64,000 bases of DNA from Schizochytrium sp. TIO01 (lineage: Eukaryota; Protista; Bigyra: Labyrinthulomycetes): assembly GCA_004764695.1 (NCBI GenBank), contig SMSO01000014.1:4040845-4104844 (forward strand), in the 5' to 3' direction. A program made the translations under genes and the position numbers. Below are positions 1 through 11,995 of this stretch, in pieces. How positions within the stretch are numbered: position 1 is the stretch's first letter; each line of letters starts with the position of its first letter. Under the pieces are notes generated by a model, which was not told the origin of the DNA, ran no database searches, and saw only the letters and a list, made by a program, of their open reading frames with translations.

Positions 1-323
1 CTAACCTAACCTAACCTAACCTAACCTAACCTAACCTAACCTAACCTAACCTAACCTAACCTAACCTAACCTAACCTAACCTAACCTAACCTAACCTAAC
101 CTAACCTAACCTAACCTAACCTAACCTAACCTAACCTAACCTAACCTAACCTAACCTAACCTAACCTAACCTAACCTAACCTAACCTAACCTAACCTAAC
201 CTAACCTAACCTTACCTAACCTAACCTAACCTAACCTTACCTAACCTAACCTTACCTAACCTAACCTTACCTAACCTAACCTTACCTAACCTAACCTTAC
301 CTAACCTAACCTAACCTAACCTA
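1..323 (-). repeat. Telomeric repeat (TTAGG)n, seen as (CTAAC)n, with proximal CTTAC variants
   Basis: Perfect 5-mer array from base 1; variant CTTAC units at 211, 236, 251, 266, 281 and 296. Confidence 0.97.
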
Positions 324-1680
324 CTATTATACATTATATTTATTAATGGTTTTACCAAAAATATTTTAAGAAGAATTGAAAATATTTTCTTTTAAAAAAT
401 AAAAAGTTTTTATGCGCCTGCTGACATTCGTGGATATGGGAGAATTCAATAAGAATAGCATATAATATGATGGAAGTACTTATGTCTAATTTGTAAAACT
501 ATTTTCTCACTATTATTCAACGTTGATCGTCGATGAGTTGTGAAGCGTTCTAGTGGTGCTTATAGAAAAGTACTAATTATTTGATTGATAGAGTGATGAC
601 ACTACAAAGTTTCCCTTTTCTGGTTATGAGTAATATGAGAAACTAAGAAATAACTTTCAAAAGTTAATAAAAACAAAACCATAATTTTATTTTTTCTGCA
701 CCAGCACATCTACCCTGTTGTAAATGTTTCAAGCTTTACAATGGTACCGCTCGATGATTAATATATTATCTCATTGTTGAGAAAATGAATATTATACTAA
801 TCAATTTATTCTTTATCCTACTCACAAATAGAGTGACAACTTGGAGTTTTTTTTCTCAAGCTTGCAAGTATGTTTTTTCTCATAAATCAAATACACGCCT
901 CTTAACAATTCGTGAGCTATCGAATGGTGCTTGTAGTAAACCTCTGTCTATTCTATTGATAAAGTTAGAACACTACTAAACTTGGTTCTTTCCCCTATGA
1001 ATAATATGAGAGACCAAAATTAAACTTTCAAAGGTCAGTAAAACTATATATTAGAAGTATGTTTTCTGAGAAACCACATTTACCCTGTTGTAAATTCAAA
1101 CAGCTTTCTAATAGTACCACTCAATGATTAAAACATTGCTTCATTGTTGAGATAATGAATATTATACTAATCAATTTATTCTTTATCCTGCTCACAAATA
1201 GAGTGACAACTTGGAGCTTGTTTTCTCTAGCTTGCAAGAAGAGTTTTTCTCGTAAATCAAATACACGCATCTTAACAATTCATGAGCTATCGAATGGTGC
1301 TTGTAGTAAAGCTCTGTCGATTCTATTGATAAAGTTAGAACACTACCAAACCCAGTTCCTTTCCCCTATTAATAATATGAGAAACCAAAAATAAACTTTC
1401 AAAGGTCAGTAAAACTATATGTTTAAAGTATTGTTTCGGAGAAAACACACCTATGCTGTTGTAAATGTAAGCATCTTTCCAATGATACCACTCGATGATT
1501 AATATATTATCTCATTGTTGAGATATTGAATCTTATACTATTCAATTTACCCTTTATCCTGCCAATAAATAGAGTAACAACTTGGAGCTTCGTTTCGCAA
1601 GCTTGCAAAAATATTTTCAATCATAAATCAAATAAGGGCATCTCAGCAATGAATTTGCTATCGATTGATTCTTCTATAAA

Positions 1681-1908
1681 TGTCGCGAGGACTGTTGCTC
1701 GGGTCTTATATGCAGGTCTTATATTAGGTGGGAACACGGGTAAGCGTTTCCCACAGTAGAGGGAAAAGGGAAAGAAAAACAGAAGAGACGGGAATCGAAC
1801 TCAAGACGTAAGAGACCTTTTAATTATTTTAACCAAAAGGTGGTCTTAGTACTAAGCCGAATATTGTTGCTTCGCTGTACCTTATATAGATAATAGCTCC
1901 CAACAATA
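1681..1908 (+). mobile_element. 228-bp solo LTR-like insertion (second family)
   Basis: Interrupts one 370-bp unit (consensus ttct-agaaa-agttct). Starts TGTCG and ends CAACA+ATA, flanked by the 5-bp direct repeat ATAAA (1676-1680, 1909-1913). TATA-like cttatatag near 1881. Orientation is tentative. Confidence 0.65.
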
Positions 1909-3311
1909 ATAAAAGTTCTATTTACTTTTCTCATAGAGTTAGAACACTACTAAACTCAGTTCCTTCCCCTATTAATAATATGAGAGACCAAAAATAAACT
2001 TTCAAAGGTCAGTAAAACTATATGTTTAAGAATATTTCACCTGAGCAAACGCATCTACCCTGTGGTAAATTGCATCAGTTTTCGAACGGTACCTCTCCAT
2101 GATTAATGTATTGCTTCATTATTGAGAAAATGAATCTTATACTAATTATTTTATTCTTTCTTTTGTTATCAAATAGAGTGACAACTTAGAGCTTCTTTTC
2201 TCAAGCTTGCAAGAAGCTTTTCTCTCATAAATCAAATGCTGCCATCTCAACAAGTAATGGGCTAACGAATGATTTTTCTAGAAAAGTTCTGCTTACTCTA
2301 CTCATAGAGTTATAACACTACTAAACTCGGTTCCTTCCCCCTATTAATAATATGAGAGACAAAAAATAAACTTTCAAAGGTCAGTAAAACTATATGTTTA
2401 AAGTATTTTTTCTGAGAAATTACATCTACCCTGTTGCAATTTCAAGCCGCTTTCTAATGGTACCAGTCCATGATTTATAAATTTCCCCGTTGTTGAGAAA
2501 TTGAATCTTATACTAATCATTTAATTCTTTCTTTTGTTATCAAATAGAGTGACAACTTAGAGCTTCTTTTCTCAAGCTTGCAAGAAGCTTTCTCTCATAA
2601 ATCAAACGCGGCCATCTCAACAATTCTTGAGCGATCGAATTGTGTTTGTAGAAAATTTCTATTTATTCTACTCATAGAGTTAGAACACTACTAAATTCGG
2701 TTCCTTCCCCCTATTAATAATATGAGAGACAAAAAATAAACTTCCAAAGGTCAGTAAAACTATATGTTTAAAGTATTTTTTCTGAGAAAACACATCTAAC
2801 CTGTTGTAGTTCTTAACAGCTTCCCAACAGTATCACTCCATGATTAATATATTTCCCCGTTGTTGAGAAAATGCATCTTGTACTAATCATTTATTTATTT
2901 ATTTTGTTATCAAATAGAGTGACAACTTAGAGCTTCTTTTCTCGAGCTTGCAAGAAGCTTTTCTCTCATAAATCAAATGCACTCATCTCAACAATTTATG
3001 CGCTATCGAAAGGTTCTTCTAGAAAAGTTCTGCTTACTCTACTCATAGAGTTAAAACATTACTAAACTCGGTTCCCTCCCCCTATTAATAATATGAGACA
3101 CAAAAAATAAACTTTCAAAGGTCAGTAAATCTATATGTTTAAAGTACTTTTTCGGAGAAATCACATCTACCCTGTTGTAATTTCAAGCAGCTTTCCAATG
3201 GTATCACTCCATGATTTATATATCTCCCCGTTGTTGAGAAAATGAATCTTGTACAAATCTTTTAATTCTTTCTTTTGTTATCAAATAGAGTGACAACTTA
3301 GAGCTTCTTTT

Positions 3312-3780
3312 TTTTGTTGAATGCTGTAGAGTGACAGAGACTCGAAAGGTTGTTTACTTTTTAGGTTGAGGTTGTATAGTTTGAGGTCTGCTGACATACT
3401 GCCGGCAGTGAAGAAGTTATTTCTACTCAGTCTCTGTTACACATGTCCTTTATTAGTGGCGGCCACCGAGCGGAAAACCGCAACTACTAGTGTTTAGTCC
3501 ATGTGTCCCTTAGTGAATATTTGTTTTCTTGATAAAGATTCTCCTACGTTCTTTGATACTTTTACAGTGGTATTATGGGTTAATACTCGTGTTCATGTAT
3601 ATAATTCACGAGCATTACCCTAACCCTAATACTGCAAAAGGTATAATAAGAAAGTTAAGAGATTCTTTGTTGTCCAATGCTTAACCTTTACCCTAACCCT
3701 ACCTCTGTAAAAGGTATGATTAGAAAGGCAGGAGACTCCTTGTTATCCCGACTCGGGACCAACAATTCGTCTAGACAACA
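3312..3780 (-). mobile_element. Solo LTR (469 bp) of the copia element at 6106-11995, inverted
   Basis: Reverse complement of 6106-6574 with about 2 substitutions seen; target-site duplication (TSD) CTTTT at 3307-3311 and 3781-3785. Confidence 0.95.
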
Positions 3781-6105
3781 CTTTTCTCAAACTTGAAAGA
3801 AGATTTTCTCTCATAAATCAAATGCGGCCATCTCTACAATGAATTTTCTATCCATTGGTTCTTCTTAAAAAGTTCTATTTACTCTTCTTATAGAGTTAAA
3901 ACACTACTAAACCCAGTTCCTTCCCCCTATTAATAATATGAGAGACCAAAAATAAACTTTCAAAGGTCAGTAAAACTATATTTTTAAAGTATTTTTTTAT
4001 TTTTTTCTGAGAAAACGCATCTACCCTGTTGTAGATCTTAACAGCTTTCCATCGGTACCACTCCATGATGAATATCTTTACCCGTTGTTGAGAAAATGAA
4101 TTTTATACTAGCCGTTTAATTCTCTATCCTGCTCACAAATAGAGTGACAACTTGGAGCTTTTTTTATCCAGCTTGCAAGAACATATTTTCTCATAAATCA
4201 AATCCACCCACCTTAACACTTCATAACCTATCGGATGGTGTTTGTAGAAAAGCTCTGTCGATTGTATTTATAGAGATACAACACTACTAAATTCAGTTCC
4301 TTCCCCCTATTAATAATATGAGAGACAAAAAAAATAACTTTTAAAGGTCGGTAAAATCCATGTTTAAAGTTTTGTTTCTGAGAAAACACATTCAATCTGT
4401 TGTAAATTCAACCAGCTTTCCAATGATACACTTCAATGATTAATATATTATCCCGTTGTTAAGAAAATGAATCTTATACTAACCATTTAATTCTCTGTCC
4501 TGATCACAAACAGAATGATAACTTGGAGCTTCTTTTCTCAAGCTTGACAGGGTCTTTTTTCTCACAAATCAGATGCGGGCATCTCAACAATTCATGTTCT
4601 ATCAAGGGATGCCTATAGCAAAGTCCTTTCTATTCTATTCATTGAGTTAGAACACTACTAAACTCACTTCTTTCTCCCTATTAATGATATGGGCGACTAA
4701 GAAATAACTTTCAAAGGTCAGTAAAAATAAATTTTAAAAAGATTTCGCCTGAGAAAACACATCTACCCTGTTGTAAATCTTAACAGCTTTCCAACGGTAC
4801 CACCTGATGATTAATATCTTTCCCCGTTGTTGAGAAAATGAACCTTGTATAAATTAATTTATTCTTTATTCTGCTCACAAATAGAGTGGCAACTTAGAGC
4901 TTCTTTTCTCAGGCTTACAAGAAGAGTTTCTCTCATAAATCAAATGCACCCACTTGAACTATTATTCAGCTATCAGACGATGCTTGTAGCAAAGCTCTGT
5001 CTATTATATGCATAGAGTTACATTACTACTAAACTCGTTTCCTTCCACCTATTAATAATATGAGAGATCAAGAAATAACTTTCAAAGGTCAGTAAAAGCA
5101 CATGTTAATTTTATTGTTTCTGAGAAAACACATCTACACTGTTGCAAATGACAGCAGCGTTTTGATGATACTTGTCAAACATTAATATCTTTAGTGGTTA
5201 TTGAAATATTGTCCCTTGTGGAGATCCTTCAACTGCTTGTTTAAATAAAGTGATAACTTGGAGCTTCTTTTCGCAAGCTTGAAAACATATTTTTTCGCAA
5301 CGGTTTTAACTATCCTGTGGTACCAATGACGCACTTCCCGACGGTACTTGGCGAAAAGACCTGACAATTTAATCAAGAAAGATAAAACAGTACTAAGTTT
5401 AATTCTTTCCCCTTATTAGTAATATGGAACAGTAACATTTTCTTTTAAAAGTTCGAAAAATACTTTCAAAGATTTGTTTTTTCTCGTTCATGTCATCATC
5501 CGTTTTCTACATTTCTTGTGCTTTCTACTGATCCAAATTTTTAAATGATCAATAAAGTAGTTGTGGAGATGAAGGGGTTTTGAAGAAGTGGGAGGCTGCT
5601 GCCAAATGCCTGAAAGGGTATTTTCTCATAATTTTAGAATGATTTCCTCTAGAGAACTTCAATAATAGAGCTCTCCATAAATTTTCTGATCTAATGGTGC
5701 AAAAATAACATGTGTCTCTCAAGTAGTTGTCGAGAAAATATGTCTTTCTTTCTTTCGATAATCCATCAGTTGCCTGATAAAGTGGTCACTTGGAGCTTCT
5801 TTCCGCAAGTTTGAAAAAGTATTTTTTCGCAACAATTATAACTATCCTGTGGTAAAACCGACGCAGGTCCCGTCACTGCTTGTCAAAAATATCTAGCTAC
5901 TTTATCCAGAAAGTTATAACAGTACTAAGTTTAGTTCTTTTCTCTTATTAATATTATAGAAGAGCAACATTTTATTTTAAAAGTTCGAAAAATACTTTCA
6001 AAGATTTGTTTTTTCTCACTCCTGCCATCATCCGTATTCTGTATTTGTTGCGCTTTCTACTGATCCAAATCTTTAAATGATCAATAAAGTAGTTGTGGAG
6101 ATAAT

Positions 6106-9100
6106 TGTTGTCTAGACGAATTGTTGGTCCCGAGTCGGGATAACAAGGAGTCTCCTGCCTTTCTAATCATACCTTTTACAGAGGTAGGGTTAGGGTAAAG
6201 GTTAAGCATTGGACAACAAAGAATCTCTTAACTTTCTTATTATACCTTTTGCAGTAGTAGGGTTAGGGTAATGCTCGTGAATTATATACATGAACACGAG
6301 TATTAACCCATAATACCACTGTAAAAGTATCAAAGAACGTAGGAGAATCTTTATCAAGAAAACAAATACTCACTAAGGGACACATGGACTAAACACTAGT
6401 AGTTGCGGTTTTCCGCTCGGTGGCCGCCACTAATAAAGGACATGTGTAACAGAGACTGAGTAGAAATAACTTCTTCACTGCCGGCAGTATGTCAGCAGAC
6501 CTCAAACTATACAACCTCAACCTAAAAAGTAAACAACCTTTCGAGTCTCTGTCACTCTACAGCATTCAACAAAAGGTTATTGGCCTATTAACTCTCGTTC
6601 TTTGCTGCCCCGCGCACTCTCTGCACTGGCCCGACCATGGTGCAAGAAGAAGTAGCCTCCGAACATGAGGAGGTCGCCTCCGTCGTGTATGAAGACGACG
6701 ATGATGACGACAGTGAAAGTATGGCAACCGCCAACTTTCATGGTCCCCTCCCCGCGGTCCCTGCCACCGCGATGCACTCCAGCGACAACCTGGACTTTCT
6801 GCTGGCGTCCGAGTCAGCCCCAACCATTCATTACCAACCTGAGACCCCGGCTCTCATCAAAGGTATCAAGCGCTACTTCGAAAATAATCGCTCGACACCA
6901 ACGTACGACGGCGACTTTGAAGAATACTCCGATTTCTTCGAAGGCTTCTGCGGCTACTACGAACTTCCCTTCAAGGACATCAATACATGGAAACCTGGCC
7001 AGCCGGCATCCATTTGCAAAGCCCAGGACTCTGTGTTGGCACTCTTCCTGCTCGAAGGTTTCAAGAAGTCATCCCTGTCTTCGGTCATACGCTCCAGGTA
7101 TGCCAAAGGCAGCGGCCTTGTCGGGTGGTACGTGCTAAGACAACGCTTCAACCAGCACTCTAGACTCAACCAACAGCGTCGTTGGAAAGAGCTGATGAGT
7201 GTCATGGCCGCTTGTCCCAAGCCCCACGAGGATCGCTCCAAGCTGGACGACCACATCGACAAGTTGAACACCGCCATTGCCAAGCTCGAAAAGACTCGCC
7301 CTACGTTACAGTCTATCATGCTGTTCAGCTACATCCAACAGCTCCCTGCAGAGTATGACAAGATCAAGGCTGATCTCTACGCTCACTCTACTCTGACATT
7401 CCGTGTCATTCACGAACGCACCGGCCTGACTATGGAATCTGCTAAAGCTGCCAACACTTCTGTTTCCAATGAAGTGACTGGTGCTTTTGGCGCTTCTACT
7501 GACGCGACACTTTTACAACTCGCTGCAGCTGTTAGCCAAGCCTTTGGCAACTCTCCAAGCCCTCCGCAGCCCCGCAATTACCGTTCTCGTGGCAGATACC
7601 ATGGCTCTCATCGAAACAACTCCCACCGTTGTCTTCGTTGCGCGCAAAATCACGCCACCGACAATTGCACCCTTGACCCTAGAGTTCGTTGCGCCCGCTG
7701 CAACAAACCAGGTCACAAGGCCATAGTCTGCCGCAGCGTTCCCACTGAGGAATACTTTGCTGCTAACGTAAAAGATTTTTCAAAGTCTGCTTACCTTGGT
7801 GGCAATGCTTTTCCTTCAACTGTTATTGACAGTGGAGCTGGTGTTACAGTTGTTCCTAGCCGTCGACACATTCATTCTGAACTACCTCTACAAAAAGCAA
7901 CACCTATTGTAGGTGTCTCAGGTGAATTACAAAATCCAGACAGTGTAGGCACTTACCTATCGCCATTCATTCCCAACGCCCCCGCCATACCTGCTCAAGT
8001 ACATGACAGGGCCCCAGCTGTACTTGAAAGTCTCGCTGCTCTACACGCTGCTGGAGCCGAGCTACACATTACCAAAGATCGCCAAGTCCTTGTCTGGCAA
8101 AATCAAGAGATCCCTTTACAATTTTGTAACAACGCATTGACTTATGCACAGGACACTACCAGCGAACCAACTGCAACACCAGTGTTTGCCGGACTCGACA
8201 TTCTTGAGGCCCATCGTAGAGCTGGACATCGCTCATTCGAAACACTTGATGCTATATCAAAACAAGTTTCGGGACTCCCTCTTGCGAAAATACAAGGATC
8301 TTTTCCAGTCTGCCCTGGCTGTGCTCAAGGTGACTCATCGCGCTCTCCCATTCGTAAAGGACCTCACTCACCTCGCAGTACCGGTCCGCGCCAAGTATCA
8401 CATGTCGACCTGCTTGGTATTAAAACGCGCTCCAGCACAGGCAATAAATACTGTGTTGTCTTTGTGGACGATTACTCCAAGTATCGGCGATGCTATTCGT
8501 TTCCTGAGTGCAATGCCGAAACACTTGTCAAAGCCATTCGGGCGTGGCGCAGAGACTGGCTCGGCGCCGCTCCCGGGAAAACTTCAACCCCTGAAGGCTT
8601 AACTCTCATCGCTGATCATGCTTTCGCTTCTAAACTTGTACAGGAGCAAATGGACTTGTACAATTGGAAACTGCAATTTGCATCTCCCCATGAACACGGT
8701 ACTCATGGCGTCGCTGAACGCACAGTAGGTCTCGTTTCTCGCCTCGCTTGGTCCTATCTTCATGACTGCAATCTCCCGAGCACCTTTTGGGATTTTGCAA
8801 CTGATTACGCATGTTGGACCCTTAACCGCCTTCCATCGCCTCGGACCTCTAAGGTGCCTGCTGTCATTCATGGATGTGGTACTGCCGATTTGTCTCCAAG
8901 TCGACAATTTGGCACCCTTGTTGCCTACCATCAACACAATCCCAGTGTTGCAACTAAAAGCGACTTTGCTGCCAAAGGAAGCCTTGGTATTTTTCTGGGC
9001 TGCAGTTCTCGACATAGCTTTGGGACATCACGCATCATGTCTTTGGACTCTCGCCGCATCGTCTTTTCGCGGAGCTACCGTGCTCTGCCTTACCTTCCTC

Positions 9101-11995
9101 AGCTTTCTGAATCATCTGACTACATTCGCAAGCAACTTCTGAACAACTCTTTACACAATACTGCCCCAGTAAAGGTTTTCTCCAACGATTACGGTGACAT
9201 TACTTCGAGTCCATCGAGTTCTGATTTTTTCCACCCTCTTACCAAAGATGCCTCGCCTCTGGTTCTTCCTTCAAACTCTTCAGAGATCACCTATCCCTCC
9301 AGCCCCTCCTTCACTAAAGAAGTCTCTGCCAACTTTGATCTCGCAGGCTCTTCTGGCGAAAACGAAGCAGATCTACATTTTAGCTATCCTGCCCAAAGTA
9401 CTCCCGCAACATCCAGTCCAGAGCAGGAGGTGTCCGACCTTATAGACTTTCAGCAGGAGGTGCCTGATCTTATTAGCATTGATCAGGAGGTGCCTGATCT
9501 TATTAACATTGATCAGGAGGGGCCAGACGCTACCATTATAGAGAAGGAGGTGCCCGATGTTACCATCATTGAGCAGGAGGTGGATTCTTCACAGAAACCA
9601 CCGCGTAAGTATAAACAGAAACCGTCTTACTCCTCCGAGTTTAAGCAAGCTCTTCGTGAATTTGTTGATGCTGGTCCATTATACCCTGGACAAGTTCTAC
9701 AAATAGCAAACAACAAATTCCATTGGGTAGATCCAATTCTTGGCGACGTCGACACCGGCTCTACAACAAGAAGTGGTAAAACCTTCCATCCAAGTTCCTC
9801 AACTTCAGCTCCAGCTTTGTTGACGAAGGAGGTGAACAATCAGGAAGCTTCTACTTCAAACACTCACGTTTACGAGGACCCACGCAGACCTGTTCGCGAG
9901 CCTCGTCACGAAAGTGATCTTCGACTTTACAGCGACTATGAGAAAGCCATGTGGAGGAAAACAGACGATGAAGAAATGGCAAATCATGCAGCACAAGAAA
10001 CCCTGCAAGAAGTCCCAAAGTCGGAGGTGCGTGGAAAAGTCTTAGATGTCATGAAGGTCTACAAGAAAAAGCCCGCAGACAACGAAGGGCGCCGTAGACT
10101 TAAGATGAGACTTGTTGTTCGCGGTGATCAAGAACCAACCTCTGAACAAGAAGTAGCATCACCAGTTACGATGCCATCTTCCGTACGCATCCAAATTACC
10201 TTGGGTCTTACACAGGAGCATGACTTTGCTATTTTCGACATTACAAGTGCTTTCCTCACTGCACCGGTACATGACAAAGACATTTTCATACGAGTACGGA
10301 CTTTCTACGGTGAATACACTTACTATCGCCTTCTGAAATCTGTCTATGGCATCTCATCTGCTCCGCTAAGATTTTACAAAGAACTAGCGCATGCTTTTGA
10401 TGCTTTTGGCTTAGCACCTTGCCCCGATGATGCATGCCTTTTCCATCATAAAGGCCTGAACCTGACAGTGTCTACCCATGTCGATGATGGTTTGGTTTCT
10501 GGTCCTACCTCGAGTGTCAAAGCTCTTGAAGGTCATTTAAAATCATATTTTGGGAACGACAAAGTGGACTTCGAACATTTACCTGACAACAAACGTGTTC
10601 GATACCTTGGAGCGCACCTTACGATCAATCGAAGTTCCAAGATCGCTTTGTTAGATCATGCCGACTTTATTGAGGAACTTCTCGAAACTCATGGTCTTAA
10701 CAATTGTCAACCACGCATCACTCCTGCATCTGCAAACCCGTTAACATTTCCTAAGGAGGCCAAAACTGATCCCCTTTATCAGTCATTGGTGGGAAGTCTT
10801 CAATGGATAGTCAATACACGCCCCGACATTGCATTCGCAGTTAAAGAACTTGGTAGACACAACCGTGCAGCAACCGAAGAACACTTTACAGCAGCCAAAG
10901 CTGTTTTACGTTACCTTGCTGGCACAAGCAACATCGGGATAGTCTTACGAGGAGCCATACAACTTTCGGACATAAAGCTTGAAGCTTGGTGCGATGCCTC
11001 TTACGCGCCTTGCCCTTACACACGACGTTCTACGCTTGGCTACCTGCTAGCAGTTAATGGGTCTACCATTCTGACAAAGTCTAGTACAGAACGAACTGTG
11101 GCACTTTCCTCAACTGAGGCAGAACTCTACGCTGCGAACGAAGCCGCTAAAGCCATTATTTGGAACCGTCGCATCTTAGATTTTCTGGGCTGTCCCCAAG
11201 CCGATGCATCGCCACTATACACGGACAACCAAGCTATCATCCCTTTGATTCGAAACTTGAGCGTTGGCAACAACTCTAAGCATGTGGACATTCGCAGACA
11301 CCATCTTCATCAACTTTTAGAGGACAACATCATTTCTCTATCCTATGAAAACACTCGGACCAATCCAGCTGACGTGTTGACCAAACACCTTAGTCGGGAG
11401 CTTCATCACTATCATATCTACCGCATCTGCCTTGCTTTTCTTGGGCACGTAACTCCCGGAGATACGGATCGCTCTGTATCTGCACTTCTAGGAACAAGGC
11501 TCACGTCTAAGAAGTTTGGGGAGGTGTGTTGTCTAGACGAATTGTTGGTCCCGAGTCGGGATAACAAGGAGTCTCCTGCCTTTCTAATCATACCTTTTAC
11601 AGAGGTAGGGTTAGGGTAAAGGTTAAGCATTGGACAACAAAGAATCTCTTAACTTTCTTATTATACCTTTTGCAGTAGTAGGGTTAGGGTAATGCTCGTG
11701 AATTATATACATGAACACGAGTATTAACCCATAATACCACTGTAAAAGTATCAAAGAACGTAGGAGAATCTTTATCAAGAAAACAAATACTCACTAAGGG
11801 ACACATGGACTAAACACTAGTAGTTGCGGTTTTCCGCTCGGTGGCCGCCACTAATAAAGGACATGTGTAACAGAGACTGAGTAGAAATAACTTCTTCACT
11901 GCCGGCAGTATGTCAGCAGACCTCAAACTATACAACCTCAACCTAAAAAGTAAACAACCTTTCGAGTCTCTGTCACTCTACAGCATTCAACAAAA
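6106..11995 (+). mobile_element. Intact Ty1/copia LTR retrotransposon
   Basis: Apparently identical 469-bp LTRs at 6106-6574 and 11527-11995. TSD ATAAT (6101-6105, 11996-12000). Copia-type primer-binding site GGTTATTGGCC at 6575. Purine-rich PPT aagaagtttggggagg before the 3' LTR. One gag-pol ORF. Confidence 0.97.
6637..11619 (+). CDS. Copia Gag-Pol polyprotein (1660 aa)
   Basis: CCHC zinc knuckles (CLRCAQNHATDNC, CARCNKPGHKAIVC); protease VIDSGA; integrase HRRAGH..CPGC, HVDLLG, VDDYSKY, GVAER; RT FDITSAFL, LLKSVYG, HVDDGL; RNase H WCDASY, SSTEAEL, DNQA, KHVDIRRH, ADVLTK. Domain order PR-IN-RT-RH is the copia order. Confidence 0.97.
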   Translation: MVQEEVASEHEEVASVVYEDDDDDDSESMATANFHGPLPAVPATAMHSSDNLDFLLASESAPTIHYQPETPALIKGIKRYFENNRSTPTYDGDFEEYSDFFEGFCGYYELPFKDINTWKPGQPASICKAQDSVLALFLLEGFKKSSLSSVIRSRYAKGSGLVGWYVLRQRFNQHSRLNQQRRWKELMSVMAACPKPHEDRSKLDDHIDKLNTAIAKLEKTRPTLQSIMLFSYIQQLPAEYDKIKADLYAHSTLTFRVIHERTGLTMESAKAANTSVSNEVTGAFGASTDATLLQLAAAVSQAFGNSPSPPQPRNYRSRGRYHGSHRNNSHRCLRCAQNHATDNCTLDPRVRCARCNKPGHKAIVCRSVPTEEYFAANVKDFSKSAYLGGNAFPSTVIDSGAGVTVVPSRRHIHSELPLQKATPIVGVSGELQNPDSVGTYLSPFIPNAPAIPAQVHDRAPAVLESLAALHAAGAELHITKDRQVLVWQNQEIPLQFCNNALTYAQDTTSEPTATPVFAGLDILEAHRRAGHRSFETLDAISKQVSGLPLAKIQGSFPVCPGCAQGDSSRSPIRKGPHSPRSTGPRQVSHVDLLGIKTRSSTGNKYCVVFVDDYSKYRRCYSFPECNAETLVKAIRAWRRDWLGAAPGKTSTPEGLTLIADHAFASKLVQEQMDLYNWKLQFASPHEHGTHGVAERTVGLVSRLAWSYLHDCNLPSTFWDFATDYACWTLNRLPSPRTSKVPAVIHGCGTADLSPSRQFGTLVAYHQHNPSVATKSDFAAKGSLGIFLGCSSRHSFGTSRIMSLDSRRIVFSRSYRALPYLPQLSESSDYIRKQLLNNSLHNTAPVKVFSNDYGDITSSPSSSDFFHPLTKDASPLVLPSNSSEITYPSSPSFTKEVSANFDLAGSSGENEADLHFSYPAQSTPATSSPEQEVSDLIDFQQEVPDLISIDQEVPDLINIDQEGPDATIIEKEVPDVTIIEQEVDSSQKPPRKYKQKPSYSSEFKQALREFVDAGPLYPGQVLQIANNKFHWVDPILGDVDTGSTTRSGKTFHPSSSTSAPALLTKEVNNQEASTSNTHVYEDPRRPVREPRHESDLRLYSDYEKAMWRKTDDEEMANHAAQETLQEVPKSEVRGKVLDVMKVYKKKPADNEGRRRLKMRLVVRGDQEPTSEQEVASPVTMPSSVRIQITLGLTQEHDFAIFDITSAFLTAPVHDKDIFIRVRTFYGEYTYYRLLKSVYGISSAPLRFYKELAHAFDAFGLAPCPDDACLFHHKGLNLTVSTHVDDGLVSGPTSSVKALEGHLKSYFGNDKVDFEHLPDNKRVRYLGAHLTINRSSKIALLDHADFIEELLETHGLNNCQPRITPASANPLTFPKEAKTDPLYQSLVGSLQWIVNTRPDIAFAVKELGRHNRAATEEHFTAAKAVLRYLAGTSNIGIVLRGAIQLSDIKLEAWCDASYAPCPYTRRSTLGYLLAVNGSTILTKSSTERTVALSSTEAELYAANEAAKAIIWNRRILDFLGCPQADASPLYTDNQAIIPLIRNLSVGNNSKHVDIRRHHLHQLLEDNIISLSYENTRTNPADVLTKHLSRELHHYHIYRICLAFLGHVTPGDTDRSVSALLGTRLTSKKFGEVCCLDELLVPSRDNKESPAFLIIPFTEVGLG

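Larger units (their letters stand above)
480..5260. repeat. Subtelomeric AT-rich tandem repeat, ~370-bp unit, about 11-13 diverged copies
   Basis: The anchor aactttcaaaggtcagtaaaac recurs near 652, 1023, 1394, 1998, 2369, 2739, 3110, 3955, 4336, 4706 and 5077. The spacing is enlarged where LTRs have inserted. Confidence 0.9.

Noticed and set aside
1780-1862. tRNA gene on the minus strand (GAGTTCGATTC B-box-like motif)
   Set aside because: I could not form a convincing cloverleaf, and the motif lies inside the 228-bp LTR-like insertion.
785-5376. Short ORFs in the 370-bp subtelomeric repeats as a second hidden exon array
   Set aside because: Stops and indels vary among units, and I found no consistent splice-bounded open segment.
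11527-11619. Gag-Pol ORF reading into the 3' LTR as a novelty
   Set aside because: It is real in the sequence, but ORF overlap with U3 is known in LTR elements and the tail has no recognisable motif.
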